Shown one piece after another: positions 35,655-46,878 of a stretch of 64,000 nt of DNA; position 1 is the first letter of the stretch; each line of letters opens with the position of its first letter. Under the pieces are notes generated by a model. The model saw only the letters and a program-made list of their open reading frames with translations. It did not search any database and was not told the origin of the DNA. The DNA is taken from the NCBI GenBank assembly GCA_013239625.1, contig MU053934.1, positions 10,393,003-10,457,002 of the forward strand, written 5' to 3'. Source of the DNA: Lama guanicoe (Eukaryota). Both the position numbers and the translations under genes were made by a program.

Positions 35655-35745
35655 CAGGACCTTGGGTGGTTATTCACCTTTCCTGAGTCTCAGTGTTCTC
35701 GTCTGTAGAATGGGGTAGATTCTGCTTTAGGGCCTCGGTGGGGCT
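35655..35745 (+). mobile_element. MIR fragment
   Basis: gaccttgggtggttattcacctttcctgagtctcagtgttctcgtctgtagaatgggg. Confidence 0.7.
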
Positions 35746-37439
35746 TAAGCTATAATGTCTGTGGGGCCCCAAGCTGGGTTCCTCGAACACCGTAAGTGCT
35801 CACAAACCAAAACCAAACCCGGCCCTCTCCTCCCTCCTCCGTCTTCATCTCCTTCCCGGTATGAGAGTGAGGGGTGGGACTCTCCTTGTGGTCCATCCCA
35901 TCCTCAGACGGACGTGGCCACAGTTGGTCCAGGTATCTGGACCTGGATCTCCTCACGTTGTCCTCTGGTGGATGCAGGGGGGTCATCCTGTCCAGACCCA
36001 CATGCTCTCATTTTCTCACTTGAAGCCACCCCGAAGCGGGCCAGGGGCCCAGGGAGTGTAGCCCGCCCACCCGCAGAGCGCCCTGGTGCTCTGAGCTTCC
36101 TCACCCGAGTGCAGGAACGTGCGTCCCCATGCGTCCATCCCCAGGCTCCGGGTGTGACCAGCGCCTGGGGGGTGGCCGCCCCACGCGCCCTGGGCTTGGG
36201 TGGCTGGTGCCCAGCGCCCCGGCTCCTGGGCCTGAGAGGACAGCCTCCCCCGGCCCCCACGGCTCCCGCGCCGGGATGCTGTTTGTCCACACCCGTGGCG
36301 TCACTCAGAGATGGATTGGCCTCAATACCAGAGCCCAAAAACAAATAAATATTTGTTCCAGAAACTCCAGTGATGTCAGGTTTTATTGTAAGTACATTTG
36401 GTGAGTGGCAGGCGATAAATCTTGCCTGTGTTAAGATTCTCCCGGCTCCGAGCCCGAGCCCCTGACTGCCTGTCATGCTGGTGTGTGGCTCTGTCATGCA
36501 GGCCCTGCCGCCCTCGCGTCTCGGCTCCATCCTGGCAGGAGGCCTCTCAGTCCCCTCCTGCCTCGGCAAAGACCCCTTTCCCCTGCCCCTCCCGGCACAG
36601 GAGTGACGCCGCTTTGGATAAACAGGCACCAAGGCGACAGTTCATCCCTGAGCCCCCTTCCTGCCTCGAGCCGGGGGCCACGAGGCTGCTGGTCCCCAGG
36701 TGTGTGCCCAGGTGGGCTCCCGAGATGCTCCACGTTGCCACTGCCAAGGTCCGCTGGGAAAGGCAGCCTTCCCCACCTCCCTTCTGTTGGGGAGTCCAAG
36801 TCCCTCAGTGCCCAGCAGTGCTGTGTCCGCGGGAAAGCCCTGAGCTCCTGGACGGGCCGGGACGCGGCGGCTGCTCTGACTCGGTTCGACGTCTCCCGCT
36901 GCTCGCCTGCGTTTGCTCTAGGCACATTCCTTGAGAAGCTCTGGAATTCAGGCCCACAGTGCAGGACCTTCCATGAACACAGCTGATGCGTTGACTCAGC
37001 AAAGTGTCTACTGCGTTCCTACCGTGTGAACGGCGGGGCTCATCCTGCTGGGGCTGCCGGCTTCTGCTCCCCTGGGGCTGATGCGCGCGCCCCGCCCATG
37101 GGTGGGGCCTTGCTAGGGAATCTTGGGCGCTGTCTGAATGCTGGTCCGGAGGGGCCAGAGGCAAGTGGACATGAGGGTCGGTTCCCCTGGTGAGGAGCAA
37201 GGAGGGAGCTGAGGCTGCATCCTGGGGATGAACGCTGGCCGCTGGGCCACCCAGAAGTTGGTGATTCTGTTTCCACGCTCTGTAGGGTAACTTTCCGTCT
37301 TCCTCTGGCAAGTTCCCTGTCCCCTCCCCATGAATGTAGGCGGCAGAGTTCAGCGGTCAGAAGCACCTGGAGATGGGCTGGCTGAACTGTAGGGTGTGTG
37401 CCCTTTGTTAGGTACTGCCGGAGGTCACAGCTCACACGG

Positions 37440-37540
37440 CCCCAGTTTACAGATGAGACAGTCGAGGCACATGGAGGCTAAATAGCCCGCCCAAGGTCAC
37501 GTGGCTGAGAAGCGGCAGAGCCTAGGTGTAAAGCCGGGCC
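37440..37540 (-). mobile_element. MIR fragment
   Basis: cccagtttacagatgagacagtcgaggcac...gcccaaggtcac. Confidence 0.7.
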
Positions 37541-37765
37541 ATCCCATTTGAGGCAGAGAGAGACACTGCAGGTTCTGCGCCCGGGGCCCTCCAAGGTCCT
37601 CACCCACTGTCTCTGCCACCAGCATGCACACAAAGTCAATCCTGCCACACCCTCAGCCACGCGTGGTACGGTCGCCTGGGCCCGCTGCCTGTCTGAGGGA
37701 CACCACGGAGCTTAGTGGCCACTTCCCTGGTGGTTAGCGACTGTGGGCGTCCCTTCATGTTTGAT

Positions 37766-38146
37766 GCCATGATGGTGAGTTCATGCATCCTCGGAGCTGT
37801 TGTCCCCAGGAGTTTAACCGCACCACACCCAGGAGCTGCTGTGAGGGTGTTCTGTAGATGCGGGGAGTCTGGAGCCTGGAGACTTTAAGTGAAGGACGTT
37901 CTTGGGGACTGTGGGTGGGCCTCACCCAATCAGTTGAAGGCACTGTGAGGAAACACCGTGTTTTCCCAGAAAAGGAGAAATTCTCCATGAAGACTGCAGT
38001 GTTGACTCCTGCCTCAGGTCCCACCTGCTGGCCCACAGAGTGGATTTCAGACTTGTCGGCTCCATGACTGTGCAAGCTGGTTCCTCAAAATAAATGGTAC
38101 GAACTCCTTATGGGCTCTGTGTCCCTAGAGAGCTCGGACTGATGCA
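37766..38146 (+). mobile_element. MLT2 (ERVL) solo LTR
   Basis: gctgtgagggtgttctgtagatg, tgtgggtgggcctcacccaatcagttgaaggc, ttcctcaaaataaat, gactgatgca. Confidence 0.85.
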
Positions 38147-38716
38147 GTGGCCACCCACGCTTTCTCTTCTGTGACTTGCCTGTTGCATCTTGACATATTC
38201 CAAGTGCTGCCACCCGGTCAGTTACGTTAGTTGGAATAGCATGTCCCAGGTTATGATTATGCAATTTTTATGCTATTTTTTGAAAACAAAAATTATGCTA
38301 TTTGAAAAAAATTATGCTATTCTTTGAAAACAAAATTATCTTCCTTTATAGTTTGTGGGTTTGTGTGTGTGTGTGCGCACGCGTACGTGTGTGTTGTTGA
38401 CATTGCTGCCTTTCGATCCTAAAGATATTCTCCCAGATTTTCTCTTAAAAACTTTCGCAGTTTGCTTTCTACCATTTAGGTCTTTCATCTGACAGAACGG
38501 ATTTGTGTGTGCTGTGTGGGGTTGGGGTCGCGCCGGGTGCAGCCCCTCCTGGGTGTCACCGACGATTCATGGCAGACACCAGCACTGGCCACCGAGCAGA
38601 GACTGGCGCCGAGGGCTTCTGGCCAGTATTCTGCTTCTGTGGTGAGGGCAGCGCGGCGGGGTTGGTGACGTGGGAAGACCCTGCCCAGGAGAGGCTGTTA
38701 GACTGTGGAATGTGCC

Positions 38717-38952
38717 TTTTTTTTTTATTGGACTGTAGTCGGTTTGTGATGTTATCTAGTTTCATGTGTACAGCATAGTGATTCATTCACACACATGTAT
38801 TCCTTTTCAGATTCTCTTCCATTACAGGCCATTACAAGACACTGACTATGGTTCCCTGTGCTGTATGGTAGGACGTTGTTTATTTATTTGATATATAGTA
38901 ATTCGTATCTGCAAATTCTGAACTCCCAATTTATCCCTCCACCCTCCCCTGG
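38717..38952 (-). mobile_element. Cetartiodactyl L1 3' end fragment
   Basis: gtgtacagcatagtgattca...attacaagacactgactatggttccctgtgctgta...aactcccaatttatccctcc. Confidence 0.85.
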
Positions 38953-39924
38953 CGTGTGTCTTCTTAAAGGAGATTTTCTTCAACCATATGAAGTATTTAT
39001 GCTGGGATCTCAATGTGGCGTGATTGGAGGCCTAAGTGCCCCGGAGCTCAGCCCCACTCACGGTCCAGCCTGACTTCTACAGGATCGGCTGGGACCGTAC
39101 CATTGAACTTACGAAAACCAGCTGTTCCTGCCATGAAATAGTTCAGCCAAGCCTCCAGCCCCACCTGTGCAGGACTGTGTCAGGCTTCAGATATTTTTTT
39201 GTGTGTGTGTGCATGAACACTCACTCCAGCAACATTTACGGAATAACTCATTTGTTCCCTCCCGGTGTGTGCTTTGCCTCGCCATGTGCGGGGCTGACGC
39301 TGATTGGATGTTGGGTGTTGTATATGGAAAACTGCGGAACCGGTTTTAAGCCTGGAATCTTTATCACCTTCCTCTGGAGAAGGTTTCCTGCGTGTCTGGC
39401 CAGAATCAGGGGCTCTCGGAGCCCAGGATCCCCTTCCTCCGCTCCTGGGGCCTGGGCAGTTCCGAGCTGGGCTCTCATCCCTGGGACGGCTCCGTTCTTT
39501 CTTCTCCAGGTATCGGGGAAGGAGAGGGGTCCCCGGCACCCTGTTAACTTCAGGTTTCCGTTGGCAGGTGAGTCTGTTTCTGTGTGGCGTGTCCTGTTCC
39601 AGTGGCTTACTTTCTGTCCCCGTGCTCACACCACACTCCTCCGACTGCGCTGCCCTTCGGTGGGACAGAGCCCGTCCCGTTTTCTCCTTCAGCATCTCCT
39701 TAGCCGGCGCCGAGGCTGTGCTCCACCAGGTGAGTTCTAAGGTGAGCTGATCAGGTTCCCCGAAGCACTTTGCTGATGTTTGCTTGGGGCTGTGACAAGA
39801 GCGTGCCTTGGCTTCGGGGAACGGCGCCCTGCCGCTGGGGCCCTTTCCGTGCGGGAGCACAGCACACTTCCCGGCTGAGCTGCAGTGTCATGCTTGTCTT
39901 GCTTATCTGTTCTTCACAAAAAAA

Positions 39925-42183
39925 TAGATTTTATTTTTTAAAATAGTTTCAGCTTTACAGAAGAACTTAGCAGAGAGTATGGAGAGTCCTCACATACCTC
40001 TTCCCCGTTTTCATAACCTTGCGTTAGCGTGCCACATTTGTTACCACTGATGAACCAACACAGATACACTGTTGTCCACTCAAGCCCCTGGTTACACAAA
40101 GGTTCACTCTATGTTGTACGTTCTGTGGGTCTGGACAAACATGCGATTTCATGTATCCACTGTTACAATCTCATGCAGACTAGCTTCCCTGCCCTAAAAA
40201 TCCTGTGTTTTGCTTATTTGTTCTTTCTTCTTGCCTCCCTCCAACCCCTGGCAACCACTAACTTTTTTTTTTCAAATGTACAGCTTTGCCTTTTCCAGAA
40301 TGTCCTATGGTTGGAATCATGCAGCTTGCACCATTTTCGGATTGGCTTCTTTCTTGCCTTATTGCTTTAGCTACCAATTCTAGTACAATGTTACATAGGA
40401 GAGGTGGGAAGAAACATTCTTGCCTAGGTCCTGATCTAAGGCGCAAACATCTAGTTTCTCAGTGTTGAGTATGAGATCAGCTGTAAGATTTTTTTTTGCA
40501 GATGTATTTTATCAAGTTGAGGAAATTCCCTTCTATTCTTAGTTTGCTGAAAATTTTAAAAACCATGAATGGAGGTTGGATTTTGTCAAAAGCGCTTTCT
40601 GTATCTATTGGTGTGATCATTGGATCCTTCTCTTTTAATCTGTTATGTGATGACTTACATGAACTGAATGTGTACCTGGAACAAGTCCCACTTGAGTGTG
40701 GTGGAAATTTCTTTTTACACATTGTTGGATTCAATTTGCTGACATTTTGTGGGGAATTTTTGCATCTTTGTCCACGATGAATATTGACCTGTAATTTTCC
40801 TTTCCTGTAATGTCTTGATTTGGCTTTAGCACAAGCGCAATCGTGACCTCATAGAACACGAGTTAGAAAATTGTCCTTCCACTTCTGTTTTCTGGACTAA
40901 GTTGGAGAGGACTGGTACCATTTCTTGCTTATATGTTTGGCAGAATTCACCAGTGAGAGCATCCGGGCTTGGGGCTTTCTTTTCTCGGAATGTTGTTAAT
41001 TATTGACTCAGTTCATTGAATAGATTTAGATTCAGGTTGTATGTTTCCTCCTGCGTGACTTTGGTCATTGTGCGGCGCCCCTCTTCATCCCTGGCATTTT
41101 CCTTGTTCTGAAGTCTGCTTTGTCTGAAATTGACGTACTTTCTCCAGTTCTCTTTTGATTAGTGTTAGTATAAAATATCTTTTCTGTCTCTTTACTTATA
41201 ATGTACCTGTGTCTTTATATTTAATTTCTTGTAGACAACATATAATTTCATCTTTTTTTAATGCTCTGAAAGTCTGTCTTAACTGGTGCACTTAGACCAC
41301 TCACATACGAAGTGATCAGTGGTGTGGCTGGACTCAGACCTGCCATGCTTGTTTCTATCAGTTGCAGTCATACTTGGTTGCTTTTTCCTCTCTCTCTTTT
41401 TCTGTAGGTTTAATTGAACAGTTTGTATGATTCTGTTTTTGCTCCTCTATTAGAAATCCAGCGTGCTGTCCACTCACTCGTCTCTTAGCACAGCAATTAC
41501 CCTTCTTTTTTAAACTTTTGAGGTGGTTGCCCTAGAATTTGTAATATCCTCTTATAAGCAATCTAAGTCTGCTCTTAATAACATTCAGCCAGTTTGTAGG
41601 CGATTCAGGTAACTTTCAACAGAATGTCCCCAACTGCTCTCCCGTGTTCCTTATCTAGTTGCCGTCATGCATTTCACTCATCTGTATGCAGTCATCTCCC
41701 AACACACTGTTACCATTATCGCTTTGAACAATTAGTTATTAGATCAGGTAAGTTTAGGAAAAATAAAATATTTTATTTTACCTTTGTTTGTTTCCTCTCT
41801 GAAGTTTTTTCTTTCTTTATTTTGATCTGAGTATAAGGTTTGCATCATTTTCTTTCTCTGTAAAGAGCTGTTTTTAGTACTTCATGCAAGGTGGGTCTGC
41901 TGGCAACAAGTTCTCTAAATTTCAACTTTTCTGGAAAGTATTTTTCCTTAACATTTTAAGGAATACTTTCTCTGTACAGAATTCCAGGTCAGTTTTTTTC
42001 CTTTCAGTGTTTTACCTATTTCGCTTCCCTCTCTTCTTGCTTGCATGGTTTCTGATGAGAAAAATGTCATTCTTATTTGTGTTCTTTTAATGGCAAGAAG
42101 CTTTTATTTTCTGACTTATTTCAAAAGTTTCTCTTTTTTTTGTTTGTTTTGTATTTTAAGTATGATATTCCTGGGTGTAGATT
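39925..42183 (-). mobile_element. L1MC-like 3' end with ORF2/ORF1 remnants
   Basis: cacatttgttaccactgatgaaccaacac, cttccctgccctaaaaatcctgtg; minus ORFs give IDTESAFDKIQPPFM...KLRIEGNFLNLIK and LLCNIVLELVAKAIRQE (RT region). Confidence 0.8.
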
Positions 42184-43545
42184 TTGTTCAGATAATATAA
42201 ACGTGTACACAGAAAACCAGAAGGAATCCCCCCAAACCATTAAACTAATGAGCATGTTCACCAAGATTGCAAGATGCAATGTCAATATATAAAATTAATT
42301 TTATTTCTACATTCTTGCAAGGAAGAGTTCAAAAGTGAAACTAAGAAAATAATTTCAATTACAATAGCATTGAAATAATAAAATATTTCAAAATTATTTT
42401 AAGAAATAAGCACAAAATACATACCCTGAAAACTGCAAAACATTGTTGGAAAATCAAAGATTTAACAACTGGCAAGAATCCCCGTGTTCATGGACTGGAA
42501 GCACTAACATCATTAAGATGATAGTCCTCCCCCAGTAGATCCGTATGTTTAACACAATCCCTGTAATAATCTCCACTGCCTTCCTTGAAGCTGTAGTCAA
42601 GCTGATCCTAAAATTCATGGGTAAAATCAAGGCATCCAGAATATCCAATACTACGTCAAAAAGAACAACAAAGTTGGAGGGCTCACTTTCTACAATTTCA
42701 AAACTTCCTGCATTGCTACCATAATCAAGACAGTGTGGTCCTGATGCAAGGATGGACAGGTGGATCTGTGGAATGGATTCGAGAGTTCAGAAATAAACCC
42801 GTGTATCTATGGTGGATTGATTTCCAAACAGAGTGCCAAGACAATCCAATGGGGAAAAGAGTAACTTTTTCAAGAGTTGGTGCAGAGACAATTGGATTTC
42901 CACATGTAAAGGAATCAACTTACGCTCCTATCTCACAACATGGATAAAAAATTAACTCAAACTGTAACATATACAAAAGTTAGCTCTAAAATATAAGAGC
43001 TAAAACTATGAAACTCTTATAAAAAAGTAGGTGTAAAGCTTCATGACCTTAGACCAGAGAGGCAGTGGTTTCTTAGATATTACATGAAAGCACAAGCGAC
43101 AAAATAAAAACAGATGAGTTGGACTCCATCGAGATAAACAAATTTTGTGCTGCACAGGACACACCAAGAAAGTGAAAAGAAGGAGAAAAATGAGGGGAAA
43201 TATTTGCAAATCTTATATCTGAGAAGGGACTTGTACCTAGACTACATAAAGAACTTCTAGCTCAGCGGTAAAAAGATGAATGGCCCAATTACAAATGGGC
43301 AAGGATTTGAATAGACATTCCTCAAGGAGGATAAACAAACAGGCAATAAATGCATGAGAAGTGGCTTAACCTCATGAGTCATCAGAAAAATGCAAGTCAG
43401 AATCACAATGGGTTACTGCTTCAGGCCCATTAGGATGGTTATAGCAAGAAAAGATAGATAATTACAAATGTTGGGGATAATGTGGAGAATTTGGAATCCT
43501 CATGCTGTGCTAGTGAGATTATAAAATGGAACAGCTTCTTTAATG
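42184..43545 (+). mobile_element. Ancient L1M ORF2 3' half, sense strand
   Basis: tgttcagataatataaacgtgtacacagaaaacc, cccgtgttcatggactggaag, gctgatcctaaaattcatg, aagaacaacaaagttggagggctcac. Confidence 0.85.
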
Positions 43546-43559
43546 AACTATGTGTCAAT

Positions 43560-43778
43560 ACGATGAGCTGAATTTTGTATCCCCTCCCCATTTATGTGTT
43601 GAAGCCCGAACCTCTGAGAGTCTTTGGAGGTGAGATAATAGGTCATGAGGGTGGGACTCCTGCAATGGGGTTAGTGCCCTTATAAGAAAAGAGAGGAGAG
43701 ACGCAATTACTCCCTCCACCTGTGAAGACGCAGCGAGAAGGTGGCTGTCTGCAGACCTGGAAGAGGGTCCTCCACAGA
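43560..43778 (+). mobile_element. MLT1A-like LTR 5' half
   Basis: ttatgtgttgaagccc, ggtcatgagggtgggactcc, gggttagtgcccttataagaa, gagaaggtggctgtctgca. Confidence 0.8.
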
Positions 43779-43989
43779 TGTGCAGATATTAACTACTATA
43801 TATAAAAATAGATTTACAAAATTTCTTCTGTGTAGCATAGGGAACTATATTCAATATCTTGTAGTAACATATAATGAAAAAGAATATGAAAATGAATATA
43901 TGAATGCAAATGTGTGACTGAAACATTATGCTGTACACCAGGAATCGACACATTGTAACTGAATATACTTCAGTTAAAAAAAAAAAAGA
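43779..43989 (+). mobile_element. Camelid-type L1 3' end with poly(A)
   Basis: tagcatagggaactatattcaatatcttgtag...gtaactgaatatacttcagttaaaaaaaaaaaag. Confidence 0.88.
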
Positions 43990-44760
43990 ATGTCATAGAG
44001 ATGGGGTGATACACTTAGCCTCATGTGTCAGGTGCTTTTTACAACATAGAGTTCAGTCACCCACTTTTGAGTGTGAATCACGAACTCGTTGCATCATGTT
44101 TCTGAGTGCTGTTCCTTTGTACAGAGAGTTGACGAGTCCAGTGAAACGGCTTCTCAAATTTGGTGGCAGTTTCTGAGTCCTAATCAGGTTAGAAAAGTTG
44201 TCTTTGTCTGTTTGTTTCTCTGTTCACCTGTTGAAGGACATTTGGGTTGTTTCCAGTTCGGGGTTGGCATAAGATCTTACGATCAGACTTGTGTGTGACC
44301 GTAAGTTGTAATTTGTTCTCACACCAAGGAGTAAGATTGCTGGGTCATATGGCAACTGGATATTGAACTGTATGAGGAACTGCCTTTTTATGAGAAACCT
44401 CCTGGTTTCCGTAGTGACTGTACCGCCCGGCGTTCCCACGGGCGATGGATGAGAAACGCACTTGCTCGTTCTGCGTCCTAACTGCCCCAGTGTTGCAGCC
44501 TTTGCTGCTGTTGGGTTTCTCCCAGTTTCAGCAGTTGCAGTGGGTGGAAGTGATGTCTCCTGGGGGCTTTAAGCTGCGTTTCCCTGGTGACCAGTGATGC
44601 CGACTGAGCACCTGTTTGTGTGCTCATTTGTCACCCAGATACCTTCTTTGGTGAGATGTCTGCCCCCAGTTTTTTGCCTGTTTTTTAAAAATGGGGTGTT
44701 TCCTTATTGCTGAGTTTTCAGAGCTCCTCATCAGTTGACACACGTCTTTTGTGGGCTATT
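43990..44760 (-). mobile_element. Old L1M 3' region
   Basis: cacctgttgaaggacatttgggttgtttccag, attgctgggtcatatgg, tttccctggtgaccagtgatgcc. Confidence 0.7.
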
Positions 44761-45684
44761 CCCTCTGCCTTGAGACATCCCTTTCTTTTGTGTAGTATTT
44801 CTCTTGTATGTACTTTTCCACCCCCTTATTTTCAGCTTCTCTTTGTGGTTTGCTTTCAGGTATGTTTCTTGCAGTCAGTTATTAGTCATGTTTAAAAATC
44901 CAGTACAGTGTTCCGGGACTTTCACTCCATGATTCCAGTCCTTTTGCCTTTGCTGTGGTTCCTTGTATGTGTAGAGTCATATCCAGATTATCCTATGTTT
45001 CTTGCTTTTAACCCTTTTCATTTTTTTCATTTTTGCCTTCTATAGAATTAATGGTACTTTCTAAATTTGTGTTTTTCTTTGTCAGTTTGGAGATTACATA
45101 AATTACATAATTTTAGTGTTTTTTCTTTACATTTTTAAATATTAACAGCGAGCTGTATTTTTTTTTTCTCGGGGAAATGCAAGTGCTTCATACAGGCTTC
45201 TCTCTCTCATGTCAGTCACCCGAGAACCATGGAAAATCAGTTCTGTGTAAATGTGTTAACCAGGAGTTTATTTCCCATTATTTGAAAAGGGAAAAATTTA
45301 TAAGGCATTATACATCCATCCCAAACTCTCAACCAGTTTCCTCGACTGTGTCCAAGACCTGGAAGAGCGCCTGTATAAACGGAGAGTCGAGCTGATCAGG
45401 ACATAAAGTGTCTAAGCGTCGCTTCCAGCTCACCAGCCCTCGTTCCGCTGCTGACAAACCGCTGCGGTGCGGGCGGTAATATATCTCATTTATATGCTGT
45501 TCTGCAAACATTATGTTTGCCACCTCTCATGGAAAATCACACCTGGAAGTAAATATACTTGTTAGAAAAATGCAAGCTAAAAATTTAATAAAACTCAGGG
45601 CCAACTGCCCCCTAGGTGAGGTGGAGACTTGAGGCTCCAAGCCAGCTGAGAAGAGGGGAGGCGGGGTGGGGAGGCGTGGCCCGT

Positions 45685-46092
45685 GTGTCCTGGTGTGGCC
45701 CGCATGTCCTGGTGTGGCTGGTGTGTCCTGGTGTGGACTGCGTGTCCTGGTGTGGCCACTGTGGCTGGTGTGTCCTGGTGTGGGTGGTGTGTCCTGGTGT
45801 GGATGGCGTGTCCTTGAGTGGCCGGTGTGTCCTGGTGTGGACGGCGTGTCCTGGTGTGGATGGTGTGTCCTGGTGTGGATGGCGTGCCCTTGAGTGGCCG
45901 GTGTGTCCTGGTGTGGACGGCGTGTCCTGGTGTGGATGGTGTGTCCTGGTGTGGATGGCGTGTCCTTGAGTGGCCGGTATGTCCTGGTGTGGACGGCGTG
46001 TCCTGGTGTGGATGGTGTGTCCTGGTGTGGATGGCGTGTCCTTGAGTGGCCGGTATGTCCTGGTGTGGACAGCGTGTCCTGGTGTGGCTGGG
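45685..46092. repeat. 19-bp minisatellite (21 units) with 76-bp higher-order repeat
   Basis: Consensus gtgtcctggtgtggatggy; the variant gtgtccttgagtggccggt recurs at 45808, 45884, 45960 and 46036. Confidence 0.97.
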
Positions 46093-46825
46093 CGGGCAGA
46101 GGGGCCCGAGCAGGAGGGCCCTTCCAGGCAGGTTGGCAGACTCAGGGACCTGCAGGGAAGTTTGCACCGTTTAGGGGCTGCTGCAGAGAATTCTGAGGAA
46201 GGAGGCTGGAAGATCTCTTCCGAGGTCGTGGTTGGCACTTTTGGGTGAAACAATTACAAAGTGCAGCCTTACGTGCTGCCTTGATGTTCACTTTCATAAA
46301 CTCACTTGTTTGTGGCTCTGGGAGATGTCAGGCCGTCTTTCCCCCTTCTCTTTGAAGCCTCCCATCACATGACTGACACTCAAGGCTAGTGTCTGAAGCT
46401 GCATCCGCAGGGCCCTCTTCAGGTGACGCCTCTCTCAGGACCAGCAATGCCCCAGATGCACACCCCTGCCCTTCCTTCTTAGAAGGAGGGTACTTTTTCC
46501 ATGTGTCACTAAGGAACATGCCCAAGGTCAGGAGTCCAGTTGGAGACCCCTGCCTGAAGCTGAGGTCCCAAAGGGCTGCAGCCTTGCTGTGCGTGAGGAA
46601 AACCCACCATGTGGAAAGGGTTGCAAAAGGCCTGCACCCTCCTCCTGAGATTTTAAACCAAGTCTACATACTCAGGTTTATGGCCATAAATTCAAATCTT
46701 AACCACAAATTTTAACTTCAAGTGCTTGTAGGTGAGTCGTGTTTTTAGGTGCTGGGCAGGGAAAATGCCACTTCCCCCATCTTCATCTCCAGTCTGGACT
46801 AAGAGGGGTTGTAAGTGAGCTTCAG

Positions 46826-46878
46826 TTGTAACAGGGATCCCGATTTCAGAAATGTTCAAGTATGAAAAAAATACACGA
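46826..46878. mobile_element. MER104/Kanga-like (TcMar-Tc2) fragment
   Basis: atcccgatttcagaaatgttcaagtatgaaaaaaa resembles the recalled MER104 terminal region. Confidence 0.45.

Noticed and set aside
45595..46253. His/Thr/Pro-rich repetitive ORFs and a CRISPR-like appearance
   Set aside because: Translations of a minisatellite; no unique spacers, no cas genes, and the context is mammalian.
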